Below the pieces are notes generated by a model, which saw only the letters and a program-made list of their open reading frames with translations, searched no databases and was not told where the DNA came from. The position numbers and the translations under genes are program-made. This document shows positions 1-7,334 of a stretch of DNA of 10,240 nt, one piece after another. How positions within the stretch are numbered: the first letter of the stretch is position 1; every line of letters begins with the position of its first letter. This stretch comes from an uncultured Gemmatimonadales bacterium (GTDB lineage Bacteria > Gemmatimonadota > Gemmatimonadetes > Gemmatimonadales > Gemmatimonadaceae). The stretch covers positions 1-10,240 of the forward strand of contig CAWBZV010000007.1 in assembly GCA_963793305.1 (NCBI GenBank). The letters are read 5' to 3'.

Positions 1-2
1 GT

Positions 3-64
3 TGGGTCAAACTCGGTCTTCGACGGGCACAACGCTGAGGTCCGCTTCATCCCGCTGAACGGAC
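3..64. repeat. REP-like palindromic element (TGGGTCA ... GTCCGCTTCA-loop-TGAACGGAC), probably partial at the window edge
   Basis: Seen: arms GTCCGCTTCA (40-49) and TGAACGGAC (56-64) pair with one bulge around a 6-nt loop, and TGGGTCAAA lies at 3-11. From recall, this GGGTCA plus GTCCG..CGGAC layout resembles intergenic repeats of Rhizobiales genomes. Only one copy is in the window, so its repetitive nature cannot be shown here. Confidence 0.4.
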
Positions 65-554
65 ATCGGAGGCGGTCGTCCCAAACGATCACCAAAGGTC
101 GCCGCAGGTCCCGCGCGCCAATCTGGTGTCATCTCTGGCCCATCGGCGGCATCCACTGCGACCAGATGATTCATGCCGTTTAAACGATTTAGAGAGTCAC
201 TGGCGCGCGTTTTTCTGAGCGCCACCAAGATAGCCGAGGGACACGCGAGTGAACTTTGGGAGCTCATTTGTGGCCAACAGGCGGCGTGCTGCTTGGTGAG
301 GACACTCCGCAACATGGTCATCAACTTTCGCCACACCGCGAGACCAGTTCGTTCTGGTCTTGGCTCTGCGAGGCTGTCAGCGAAAACCGTTGCTCATGCC
401 TCCGATGACTTCGCGGACCCCACCCACTGGTGAGCGTTTGGAAGCCCGCTGCCCGGGTAGCCGGAGGAGCCACAAGCGAGTCGTGAGTCACCAATGGGAA
501 TTCCTAGGGCCTGTCCGAGCCAGGGCGTTGATGCGCGGGATGACCCGCTTCTCG

Positions 555-1378
555 TCACGATAGGAAATCCTCTGGTCCTGGGTCTCTACGGCTCGCCGTC
601 GAGGGTTTGCGATTTGGAAGGCGCACACGAGCATCGTAAAGACGTGAGCGGTAAAAATCCCAGTCACTGCTTAGCTTTCGCGCGGCCTTCACCTTCCTTA
701 AGTCGGCTTTTAGTAGAACCATCAGAAGCCGCTCGATACGAGCCAAATCCTTCTTCGACGGAGCGTCGAGGCCACTCAGCGCAACAAGCACTCCTCGCGG
801 CTCTGGCGTGAAGCTGGGATCTAGTTCGAGACGTTGCTTCCAGCTCCTGCACCGTCGTCCTACATTCGCCTTGTCTCGCAGGTTGCTAGGATGCTGAGGA
901 TGGCGCAGTCTAGGTTGAGGAGGTCGGGCCTTCGCAACGATGTAGTAGGTGATGGGTTTTCCGAACTTCCGCCCACTTAACACGCCTTTGTAGGTGATCA
1001 ACGCATAGCACACGCGGTCGAGCATTCGCACCGCTGTTTTGTAAGGCACTGCGAGAGCCTCGGTCACCTCCGGCACCTTCAGATGACGGACGTCCGTGCG
1101 GCTGAGCAAGTACGCCAACCGCATCCAATTTACATACGACACGCGGGTTCGTGCGAGTACGGTGCCTACGCTAACTGTGAACTGCTTTCGACACGATTTG
1201 CAGTGACGCAGCCCGGGGCGCGGTGCGACTGCTTTGGGGCCTCCGATTTGGAAGCTCCGCCGTTTTCTTGGCAATGTGGACATACGGGACCGTCTGGCCA
1301 ACGCAAGGCCTCCATGGCGGCCCTTGCCGCATGCTCGTCGTGGAAAACAGGGTTGTCTGACGGGAAATTTTTCGCCAC
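555..1378 (-). CDS. IS1595-family transposase-derived protein (Zn ribbon + HTH-like region, no DDE domain visible), with at least one frameshift near 1220-1260
   Basis: ORF 1166..1426 gives FHDEHAARAAMEALRWPDGPVCPHC. ORF 555..1658 continues RPGLRHCKSCRKQFTVSVGTVLARTRVSYVNWMRLAYLLS...LAVPYKTAVRMLDRV. Joined, these match the IS1595 N-terminal pattern (RWPxGPxCPxC...CxxCRKQFTVxVGT...YKTAW). The likely start is GTG at 1378 (MAKNFPSDNPVFHDE), with ATG 1426 as an alternative. Stop TGA at 555-557. Confidence 0.75.
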
Positions 1379-1749
1379 GGGACGTGTATAGGGAGGGTGT
1401 TTTGTCAGGTCCACTAGTTTTATCATTTTTTATAAAAGAATGTCGCAACTTCAACAAGTTGACCAAATCGCTCCGTCCCGTAGGGTAGAGGCGCTCGACG
1501 GACAACTCATCTGCGAGACGCCGAGGCGGTGAATGCAATCGCCAGTGCCAGAACACATCGTTCAGCGCCTCTGGTCGCGATGCCAAGCACTTAATTGGCT
1601 GGCCGCGCACAATCTGCACGAACAGCAGCTCCGGCTCTTCTGCAACCATCATCATCAACTCGACCCCGCTGGCTCTTTTGCTTGGGCTGCGCGGCTATCT
1701 CAACCCTCTGCGCTGACAACGCGCACGCACAACAACCTAGGAACTCTCT

Positions 1750-1957
1750 ATGACATCTCCGATGAATTACCCCGCCTTTCCAATCAGAAGGAAATGAACT
1801 ACTCAATTGGAAAGAAGCACTCGATTGGCTTTTTGGGGAGCTCGAACTCTGCGAATGCGATCCTGCTGAGAATGAATGGCAGGTTGGCTACGAAGCAGCA
1901 CTTCGCGATATGTTCTTCCGATTAACTGGGCGAGACCCGAGCTCTACCCTGCACTAG
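1750..1957 (+). CDS. small acidic hypothetical protein (~68 aa), one frameshift, absent from the ORF track
   Basis: AGGA (1739-1742) precedes ATG 1750. The frame MTSPMNYPAFP, after removing one base near 1782, continues SEGNELLNWKEALDWLFGELELCECDPAENEWQVGYEAALRDMFFRLTGRDPSSTLH* (TAG 1955-1957). The span is 208 nt = 69 codons + 1. The sequence has an amphipathic-helix pattern. No family recognised. Confidence 0.5.
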
Positions 1958-1969
1958 GCGACATAACAC

Positions 1970-2573
1970 GTGAAACAAACATCGCCTTTGTCCAGGGCCT
2001 TCACAAGCGCCCGACTTCAAACAAGTCCGCAAGTATCTTCGCAACAACCAGCAGCGTGAGGCCCTCGGAGGCTTCATCGAGATCGGATGGACAACAGCCG
2101 AATTGGGAGAGTTCGCACGGCAAGTCTTCCTCGCACCGGGCAAGAACTACCCGACGGCGGCCTCGTATCAGTACGCAATGGAGAAGGGCGCGGATCATCC
2201 GTTCGCACAGGAAACCTTGGCGACCATGCGGGCACCCGGGTACATCATGCCACCCTTTGATCGCCCGGAGCCCAAGCGATACGCATGGGACGACCCTGAC
2301 AACCCCGAGCACACACCGGAACTGCGAGCGGACGTAGCAGAGATGGCCCGGCTATGGAGAAACCGTGAGGCCAGCTGGCACGCCCAGCCATGGCCTGTGG
2401 AGGACCAGCCGATACCACGTTGGCTCTGGAAGCGCCTGTTCAGGCTCCGCAATCGCTACCACTCGCTTGAGGACACCCTGCAGTTCGAAGGCTTACGCGG
2501 ATATAGCCAACCGTATACCGCTGATGACACCGGCATGATCATCTCGGATGTCCAACAATCCCAAGCGACCTAA
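1970..2573 (+). CDS. hypothetical protein (~200 aa), true start upstream of ORF 2103..2573 and obscured by indels
   Basis: The frame of ORF 2103..2573 stays open back to 1974 and reads PDFKQVRKYLRNNQQREALGGFIEIGWTTAELGEFARQVF. An adjacent frame gives TNIAFVQGLHKRP just after GTG 1970. The C-terminal half is Trp/Pro/Arg-rich (YAWDDPDNP, WPVEDQPIPRWLWKRLFRLRNRY). A hairpin TGGCCT-N5-AGGCCA follows the stop. No family recognised. Confidence 0.6.
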
Positions 2574-2810
2574 CTGGCCTGAGTGAGGCCAAGGGCGCCG
2601 TTGCGGATGCAGGGTGAAGGGACACGGGCGCATCGCCTTGCTCCGCTCGGGCGGTATCGAGAGTTCCCTGTTGCATTGAACTGTGGCGCCGCGTGCGAGA
2701 ACACAGTGCTCTAAGGACACTCTGAGGGAACACAGGAGCTATCGCCAAATTTTGGTGACGGCCGGGCCGGTCAGGCGGCGGCGGTTATGGGCTGAAGGTC
2801 AGCCGGTTTC

Positions 2811-2855
2811 CCGATTTACGGTGTGATCACAGAATTTTTGGACGCCCACGGGTGA
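2811..2855 (+). pseudogene. 3' remnant of a gene coupled to bioD (possibly the bioA C-terminus)
   Basis: [14 protein letters not shown] ends with TGA 2853-2855, overlapping the bioD GTG (GTGA). The frame is closed by a stop a few codons upstream. The helix IYxxIxExL resembles BioA C-termini, but it is very short and this is inference. Confidence 0.25.
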
Positions 2856-3495
2856 TTCGCTACGGGATTACCGGAACGGACACGGGCGTCGGGAAGATCG
2901 GTCGTCGCCTGCGCGCTCATCTCGGCGCTCCGCGATCGTGGGCTATCGGTCGCGGCCATGAAGCCGGTCGAGACGGGCGTCGAGGGCGAGCCCGCCGATG
3001 CGCGTCGGCTATGCGAAGCGGCCGGCGGTCAGGATTCGCTGGACAACGTCTGTCCCCGAGCGGTTCGACGAGCCGCTCGCGCCGTGGGTCGCCGCCCGTC
3101 GCGCGGGTCGCCCGATTGCGATCTCGGCGCTGGAAGCGGCGCGCACGCGACTCGAATCCGGACGGGACGCGCTCATCGTCGAAGGCGCCGGCGGACTGCT
3201 GGTGCCGATCACCGATGGCGTGGCGTACGACACGCTGTTCCGCCGCTGGAATCTCGATTGCATTATCGTCGCGGCGAACCGCCTCGGCGCCGTCAATCAC
3301 ACGTTGCTCACGCTCCGCGCGGCGCACGCCGCTGGACTGCGCGTGCGGGCGGTCGTGCTGAACACCCTGTGTCCCGGGGAGGCGACGATCGCCGAGCAGA
3401 CCAATTTTGACACCTTGCGCCGACTGGTGCCGGAAGCCACCGTGCTTTCGTTTCCCTATCACGGAGGCGGCGGCTCGCTCGCGCCGTTGCTATGA
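2852..3495 (+). CDS. bioD: dethiobiotin synthase, split by two +1 indels (near 2898 and 3054-3057)
   Basis: Three consecutive frames give [10 protein letters not shown][T], then [26 protein letters not shown], then EPLAPWVAA...[13 protein letters not shown]...[11 protein letters not shown]...VVLN, all BioD hallmark motifs. The stop overlaps the bioB start (ATGA 3492-3495). Confidence 0.95.
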
Positions 3496-4538
3496 TCTAC
3501 GAGACTTTTGCGGACCGTGCGCTCGCGGGGACGAGCTTGTCGCGTGGCGAGTCGCACCAGGTCCTGTCGTCGCCAGACAATGACCTGCTGCCTGTGCTCG
3601 CCGCGGCCTATCGCGTGCGGCGGCACTACTGGGGCAATCGCGTCCGCCTGCATTTTCTGCTGAACGCCCAGAGCGGTCTGTGCCCCGAAGATTGCCATTA
3701 CTGCACGCAGTCGAGCGTGTCGACGAGCGAGATCGAGAAGTATCCGATGCTCGCCCGCGACAAGATCCTGGCGGCTGCCGGCCGCGCGGCCGCGCTCAAG
3801 GCCGGGACATTCTGTCTCGTCATCTCCGGTCGCTCGCCCGGCGAACGGGTGTTCGGCAAGGTGCTCGATGCGGTTCGCGAGATTCGGTCCCAGTACGATC
3901 TCAAAGTCTGCGCGTGTCTCGGGTTACTGAGCACCGAGCAAACACTGCGGCTCAAGGACGCGGGCGTCGAAACCGTCAATCACAATCTCAATACCTCGGC
4001 CAATTTTCATGGCGAGGTGTGCACGACGCATACGTTCGATGATCGCGTGGCGACCGTCGAGCATGTCAAGGCCGCCGGCATCAAAACGTGCTCGGGTGGC
4101 ATCATCGGAATGGGTGAGTCGGACGATGACGTGATTGATCTGGCGATGAGTTTGCGCGAGCTCAATGTCCGGAGCGTCCCGGTGAACTTTTTGTTGCCAT
4201 TGGATGGGACGCCATTTGCGGAGCGCCGGCTGCTCGATCCGCGACGGTGTCTGCGGGTGTTGGCGCTCTATCGATTCCTGCTGCCCTCACAGGAGATTCG
4301 CATTGCTGGTGGGAGAGAGGCGCATCTGAGATCGTTGCAGCCGCTCGGATTGTATCCCGCCAACTCGATATTTATCGGCGACTATCTCACCTCGCGCGGA
4401 CAACCGGCGAGCGCGGACTATGCCATGATCCGCGATGCCGGATTCGTGCTCGAGACACCGGATGGGGAGCCGTTCGACGTTCCCGAGCGCGTCGAAGTCG
4501 AATATCCGCGAGCCCCCCTCGCTATGCCCTCGGTGTGA
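3492..4538 (+). CDS. bioB: biotin synthase (radical SAM)
   Basis: Intact 348 aa ORF with [14 protein letters not shown] (CxxxCxxC), [32 protein letters not shown] and [11 protein letters not shown]. The [2Fe-2S] ligand positions are present (FCLV, VCAC, TCSG, IRIA). It lies next to bioD. Confidence 0.98.
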   Translation: MIYETFADRALAGTSLSRGESHQVLSSPDNDLLPVLAAAYRVRRHYWGNRVRLHFLLNAQSGLCPEDCHYCTQSSVSTSEIEKYPMLARDKILAAAGRAAALKAGTFCLVISGRSPGERVFGKVLDAVREIRSQYDLKVCACLGLLSTEQTLRLKDAGVETVNHNLNTSANFHGEVCTTHTFDDRVATVEHVKAAGIKTCSGGIIGMGESDDDVIDLAMSLRELNVRSVPVNFLLPLDGTPFAERRLLDPRRCLRVLALYRFLLPSQEIRIAGGREAHLRSLQPLGLYPANSIFIGDYLTSRGQPASADYAMIRDAGFVLETPDGEPFDVPERVEVEYPRAPLAMPSV

Positions 4539-4539
4539 T

Positions 4540-5103
4540 ATGGACGCTGACCCGATTCGGCAGTTCGAGCGCTGGTTCGCCAATGCCCAGGGCGAGAACG
4601 CCATGACGTTGGCGACGACGACGCCGGACGGCGCACCGTCGGCGCGCATCGTCCTGCTCAAGGGCGTCGACGATCAGGGATTCGTGTTCTACACGGACTA
4701 TCGTAGCCGCAAGGGCGGCGAGATTGAGGAGAACCCCAGAGTCGCGCTGGTTTTCCACTGGCCGGCGCTGGAGCGCCAAGTTCGCATCGAGGGCCGCGCG
4801 GCGCGCGTGGATCGCCTGGAGTCTCAGGAGTACTTCGACTCGCGCCCGTTCGGCAGCCGCATCAGCGCATCGGTCTCGCACCAATCGCAGCCCGTCGACA
4901 GCCGTGAGTCACTGGAGCAGCGGCACCACGAGCTGAGTGCGCGGTACGCCGACGGCAAAGTCCCGTTGCCGTCGTACTGGGGCGGCTATCGCGTCACGCC
5001 CAGCGCGATCGAGTTCTGGCAGGGGCGGCCGGATCGGCTGCATGATCGGATTCGGTACGTACGCGACGGCAATGCCTGGCGGCAGGAACGGCTTTCACCG
5101 TAG
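4540..5103 (+). CDS. pdxH: pyridoxine/pyridoxamine 5'-phosphate oxidase
   Basis: ATG 4540 lies one base after the bioB stop. Motifs: DPIRQFERWF, AMTLAT, PSARIVLLKG, FVFYTDYRSRKG, RQVRIEG, YFDSRP, WGGYRV, EFWQGRPDRLHDR and a terminal RLSP. 187 aa. Confidence 0.97.
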   Translation: MDADPIRQFERWFANAQGENAMTLATTTPDGAPSARIVLLKGVDDQGFVFYTDYRSRKGGEIEENPRVALVFHWPALERQVRIEGRAARVDRLESQEYFDSRPFGSRISASVSHQSQPVDSRESLEQRHHELSARYADGKVPLPSYWGGYRVTPSAIEFWQGRPDRLHDRIRYVRDGNAWRQERLSP

Positions 5104-5325
5104 CGGGACGAAGTCGCTGACCGAATCGGTCCAGTCGGCGTCGGGCACCCCTATCACAGCCGCTATCACCGTCGGGTACGAGCTGCTGGTATCAAACACA
5201 ACCCTGAGCGAGTAGCCCGTGTCCGCCAGTATCGCACGGGCCTGGGAGAACAGACCGTCGATCGTGATCGGTAGGGGCGGGTTCGATCGAGAGGTGCTGT
5301 CCAGAACGACAACCGAGTCGACCAT
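5095..5325 (-). CDS. hypothetical protein, DUF6174-like C-terminal fragment
   Basis: 76 aa ORF with TIDGLFSQARAILADTGYSLRVVFDTSSSYPTVI...DADWTDSVSDF. This resembles the TIxxLF...VxYD...YP...D pattern I recall for DUF6174. There is no room for a full N-terminus or signal peptide between 5325 and 5375. It overlaps the pdxH stop convergently. Confidence 0.45.
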   Translation of the reverse strand: MVDSVVVLDSTSRSNPPLPITIDGLFSQARAILADTGYSLRVVFDTSSSYPTVIAAVIGVPDADWTDSVSDFVPLR

Positions 5326-5374
5326 TGGCCGACTCGTGCTCGGCGCGGCGGTGGCAGTACTCCTCGGCCGACTC

Positions 5375-7321
5375 CTAGGTTTTGCTCGTTTGATGCTCGA
5401 GGGCGATGAAGGGGACGCGGTCTTTCGCGCATTCGCGGAGCCAGGACACGAGGTCGCCGACGCGCTCCTTCGGGTAAATCCCCTTGGCGCCAGTCGAGCG
5501 GTGGATCATCACCAGGTCCCGCCCGTCCTGCCGGTAGATGGCCTCGTAGTGGCCGAACGCGCTGGCCGCGTTCACCGAGGGCGGCAGGCGGGCGTGCCAC
5601 CCATCGGGTAACGTGATACGGACTTCGTCTTCGAGCGACGCCCCGGCCATGATGCGCGAGGCATCGATCGGTTGATGGCGCGGTCCGCGCGCTTCGATTT
5701 CATCGGCCATTCGCGCGAAGCCTTGGGAGCGGTCGCGCATCGTGAGGATATCGATATCGCCGGATTGCTGGCTCGCGCGCCCGCTGCGGATCACGAGGGA
5801 CGTGACGGGTCGCGCCTTGAAATCCTTCCCGTCGAAAATGACGAGGCTGTCGCCCTTCGCGTCGGGAAAGATGCTGGCGGCGATGTTGCGCATCATCGCC
5901 GCGCGCTGCGTCGAGTCCGGCCGGTTCTGGAGCGCCGCTCGCATCACGAGCTCCATCTGGCCACTCACTCTGGATTCGATGCGCCCGGAGAAGGTTCCAT
6001 CGGGGGACAGGATGCCGGTGAGATGGCTGACCACCCGATTGGAGTCCGGCGGAGCGGCCGGGGTCGTCACCGGCTCGGTCTCGCCGTCGGTATGGACCAC
6101 CAACGCGAACTGCCCCGCGTCGCCGCCGGGGAGCGTCTCGAAGCGGGAGAATGACGAGGTCGGGTCCACGAATTGGTAACCCGTCACGCGCTTGATGGCG
6201 ACGATCACGTGGTTGAACGCGCGAATCGTCGGCAGCGTCGAGTCGGGCTTGCCGCCGGCGTTGATCAACACCGGATACGCCTGGACACCGAGAATCGACA
6301 GCGCATCGATGAGCAGCGTCGCCTTGTCCTTGCAGTCGCCGAATCCCGTGCTGAACACCTCGTCGGGAAAGCGCGGCTGATAACCGCCCTGACCCAGGGA
6401 AACGGCGACGTACCGGATATCCTGCGCCACCCATTGGTGCACGGCATGCACGGAGTCGGCGAGCGTCGCGGCGCCGGCGACGACACCGCGCACGGTGTCG
6501 CGCAGGCGTTGATCCGGGCGCAGCCGATCGACGGCCATGCCGGCGTACCACTGGCCGATGTCGCGCCACGAACCTGGCGCCGCGACGTTGATGTTCATGG
6601 CGAGGTCGTTGGAATCCGCGGGAGGGGCGTACGGCTCGGGTCTGACCCACGCGACATCGTGCGTCGTCCACTGGTAGACCTTCCGGGAGCCGATGATCGT
6701 ATCCCGCCGCGGAAAGTCGAGGTGATGCTCAGCGAGCCGCAGCTGCATGTTCTTGGGTGCATCGACGATATAGCGCGATCGGAGCACCGTGGTCCCCGCC
6801 GTCACGCGCCAGGCATTGAAGAAATCGCCTTGGCGGTAGGGCTTGCGGAGCTCGATCGTCCAACTGGCATCGACGAGCGTGGCGGGAGCGACGCCGGAGA
6901 GCGACAACCGCAGCACTTTCCGGTGCTCATAAATCGGATTCGTGCGCGCGGCCGGCACGTCGGACTCCTGTGACAGCGCGGGCTTCTCGCTGATCACGTG
7001 GCCGTCGAGGCCGAGGACGCGCATGGTGTTGACGGTCAGACGCTCGTGGTCCGGATCGTAGGTGAACTGCCGCTCTTGCAGTCCCTGCACCGCGCGCTGC
7101 CGCAGGACCTGGGTGATCTGGTGATACGTGCGCGTTTCGCGCCCGTCGGATTCGACGGTGATCACGCCATTGTCGAGGAGTATCACCGTCGCCTGCTCGG
7201 GGTACGTCGCGCTGTCGACGGCGAGCCTGTAGATCGTGTCTGGAGCGATCGGCGGCACTTGAGCCGCAGCCGTGGAGGCGTTCCAGAGGAACGCGCTTGC
7301 CAGCAACGCCCGGATCGTCAT
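5375..7321 (-). CDS. secreted DUF3857 + transglutaminase-like (Cys-His-Asp) domain protein
   Basis: Intact 648 aa ORF with a signal peptide (MTIRALLASAFLWNASTAAA|Q). The N-domain contains ATVILLDNG...TRTYHQITQVL. The core has WVAQDIRYVAVSLGQGGYQP, GDCKDKATLL, FNHVIVAI and FVDPT, which supply the Cys, His and Asp of the triad. The C-terminal domain has ITLPDGW...LP...FGHY. Confidence 0.9.
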   Translation of the reverse strand: MTIRALLASAFLWNASTAAAQVPPIAPDTIYRLAVDSATYPEQATVILLDNGVITVESDGRETRTYHQITQVLRQRAVQGLQERQFTYDPDHERLTVNTMRVLGLDGHVISEKPALSQESDVPAARTNPIYEHRKVLRLSLSGVAPATLVDASWTIELRKPYRQGDFFNAWRVTAGTTVLRSRYIVDAPKNMQLRLAEHHLDFPRRDTIIGSRKVYQWTTHDVAWVRPEPYAPPADSNDLAMNINVAAPGSWRDIGQWYAGMAVDRLRPDQRLRDTVRGVVAGAATLADSVHAVHQWVAQDIRYVAVSLGQGGYQPRFPDEVFSTGFGDCKDKATLLIDALSILGVQAYPVLINAGGKPDSTLPTIRAFNHVIVAIKRVTGYQFVDPTSSFSRFETLPGGDAGQFALVVHTDGETEPVTTPAAPPDSNRVVSHLTGILSPDGTFSGRIESRVSGQMELVMRAALQNRPDSTQRAAMMRNIAASIFPDAKGDSLVIFDGKDFKARPVTSLVIRSGRASQQSGDIDILTMRDRSQGFARMADEIEARGPRHQPIDASRIMAGASLEDEVRITLPDGWHARLPPSVNAASAFGHYEAIYRQDGRDLVMIHRSTGAKGIYPKERVGDLVSWLRECAKDRVPFIALEHQTSKT

Positions 7322-7334
7322 GACTCAATAGTAC

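Noticed and set aside
7..563. ORFs 7..336 (-), 173..433 (+) and 360..563 (+), and the hairpin AGACCAG/CTGGTCT at 341-360
   Set aside because: No recognisable motifs or good RBS, and the ORFs overlap each other. The hairpin has no U-tract. A small frameshifted - strand gene starting near 397 is possible but unsupported.
555..1461. Complete, active IS1595 element
   Set aside because: No DDE motifs, terminal inverted repeats or target duplication could be found.
1570..1648. tRNA gene ending in ACCA at 1648
   Set aside because: No T-loop (GTTCRA) and no cloverleaf pairing upstream.
1379..1658. N-terminal part of the 367 aa ORF (MMMMVAEE...) as a real protein start
   Set aside because: The IS1595 N-terminus lies in a different frame starting near 1378. 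The upstream part crosses an AT-rich promoter-like tract, and the Met run is only a short CAT repeat.
2822..2831. Perfect palindrome TGTGATCACA as a biotin or CRP operator upstream of bioD
   Set aside because: It does not match BirA, BioR or BioQ consensus sites, lacks the 6-bp CRP spacer, and probably lies within the coding remnant of the upstream gene.
2890..3060. Programmed frameshifting or true pseudogenisation of bioD
   Set aside because: Two single-base insertions (one in a C run) with all motifs intact, in a window with many indels. Sequencing error is more parsimonious.
4435..4539. Extended pdxH start at 4435
   Set aside because: It overlaps the bioB 3' end by more than 100 nt with non-homologous sequence. 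ATG 4540 is coupled to the bioB stop.
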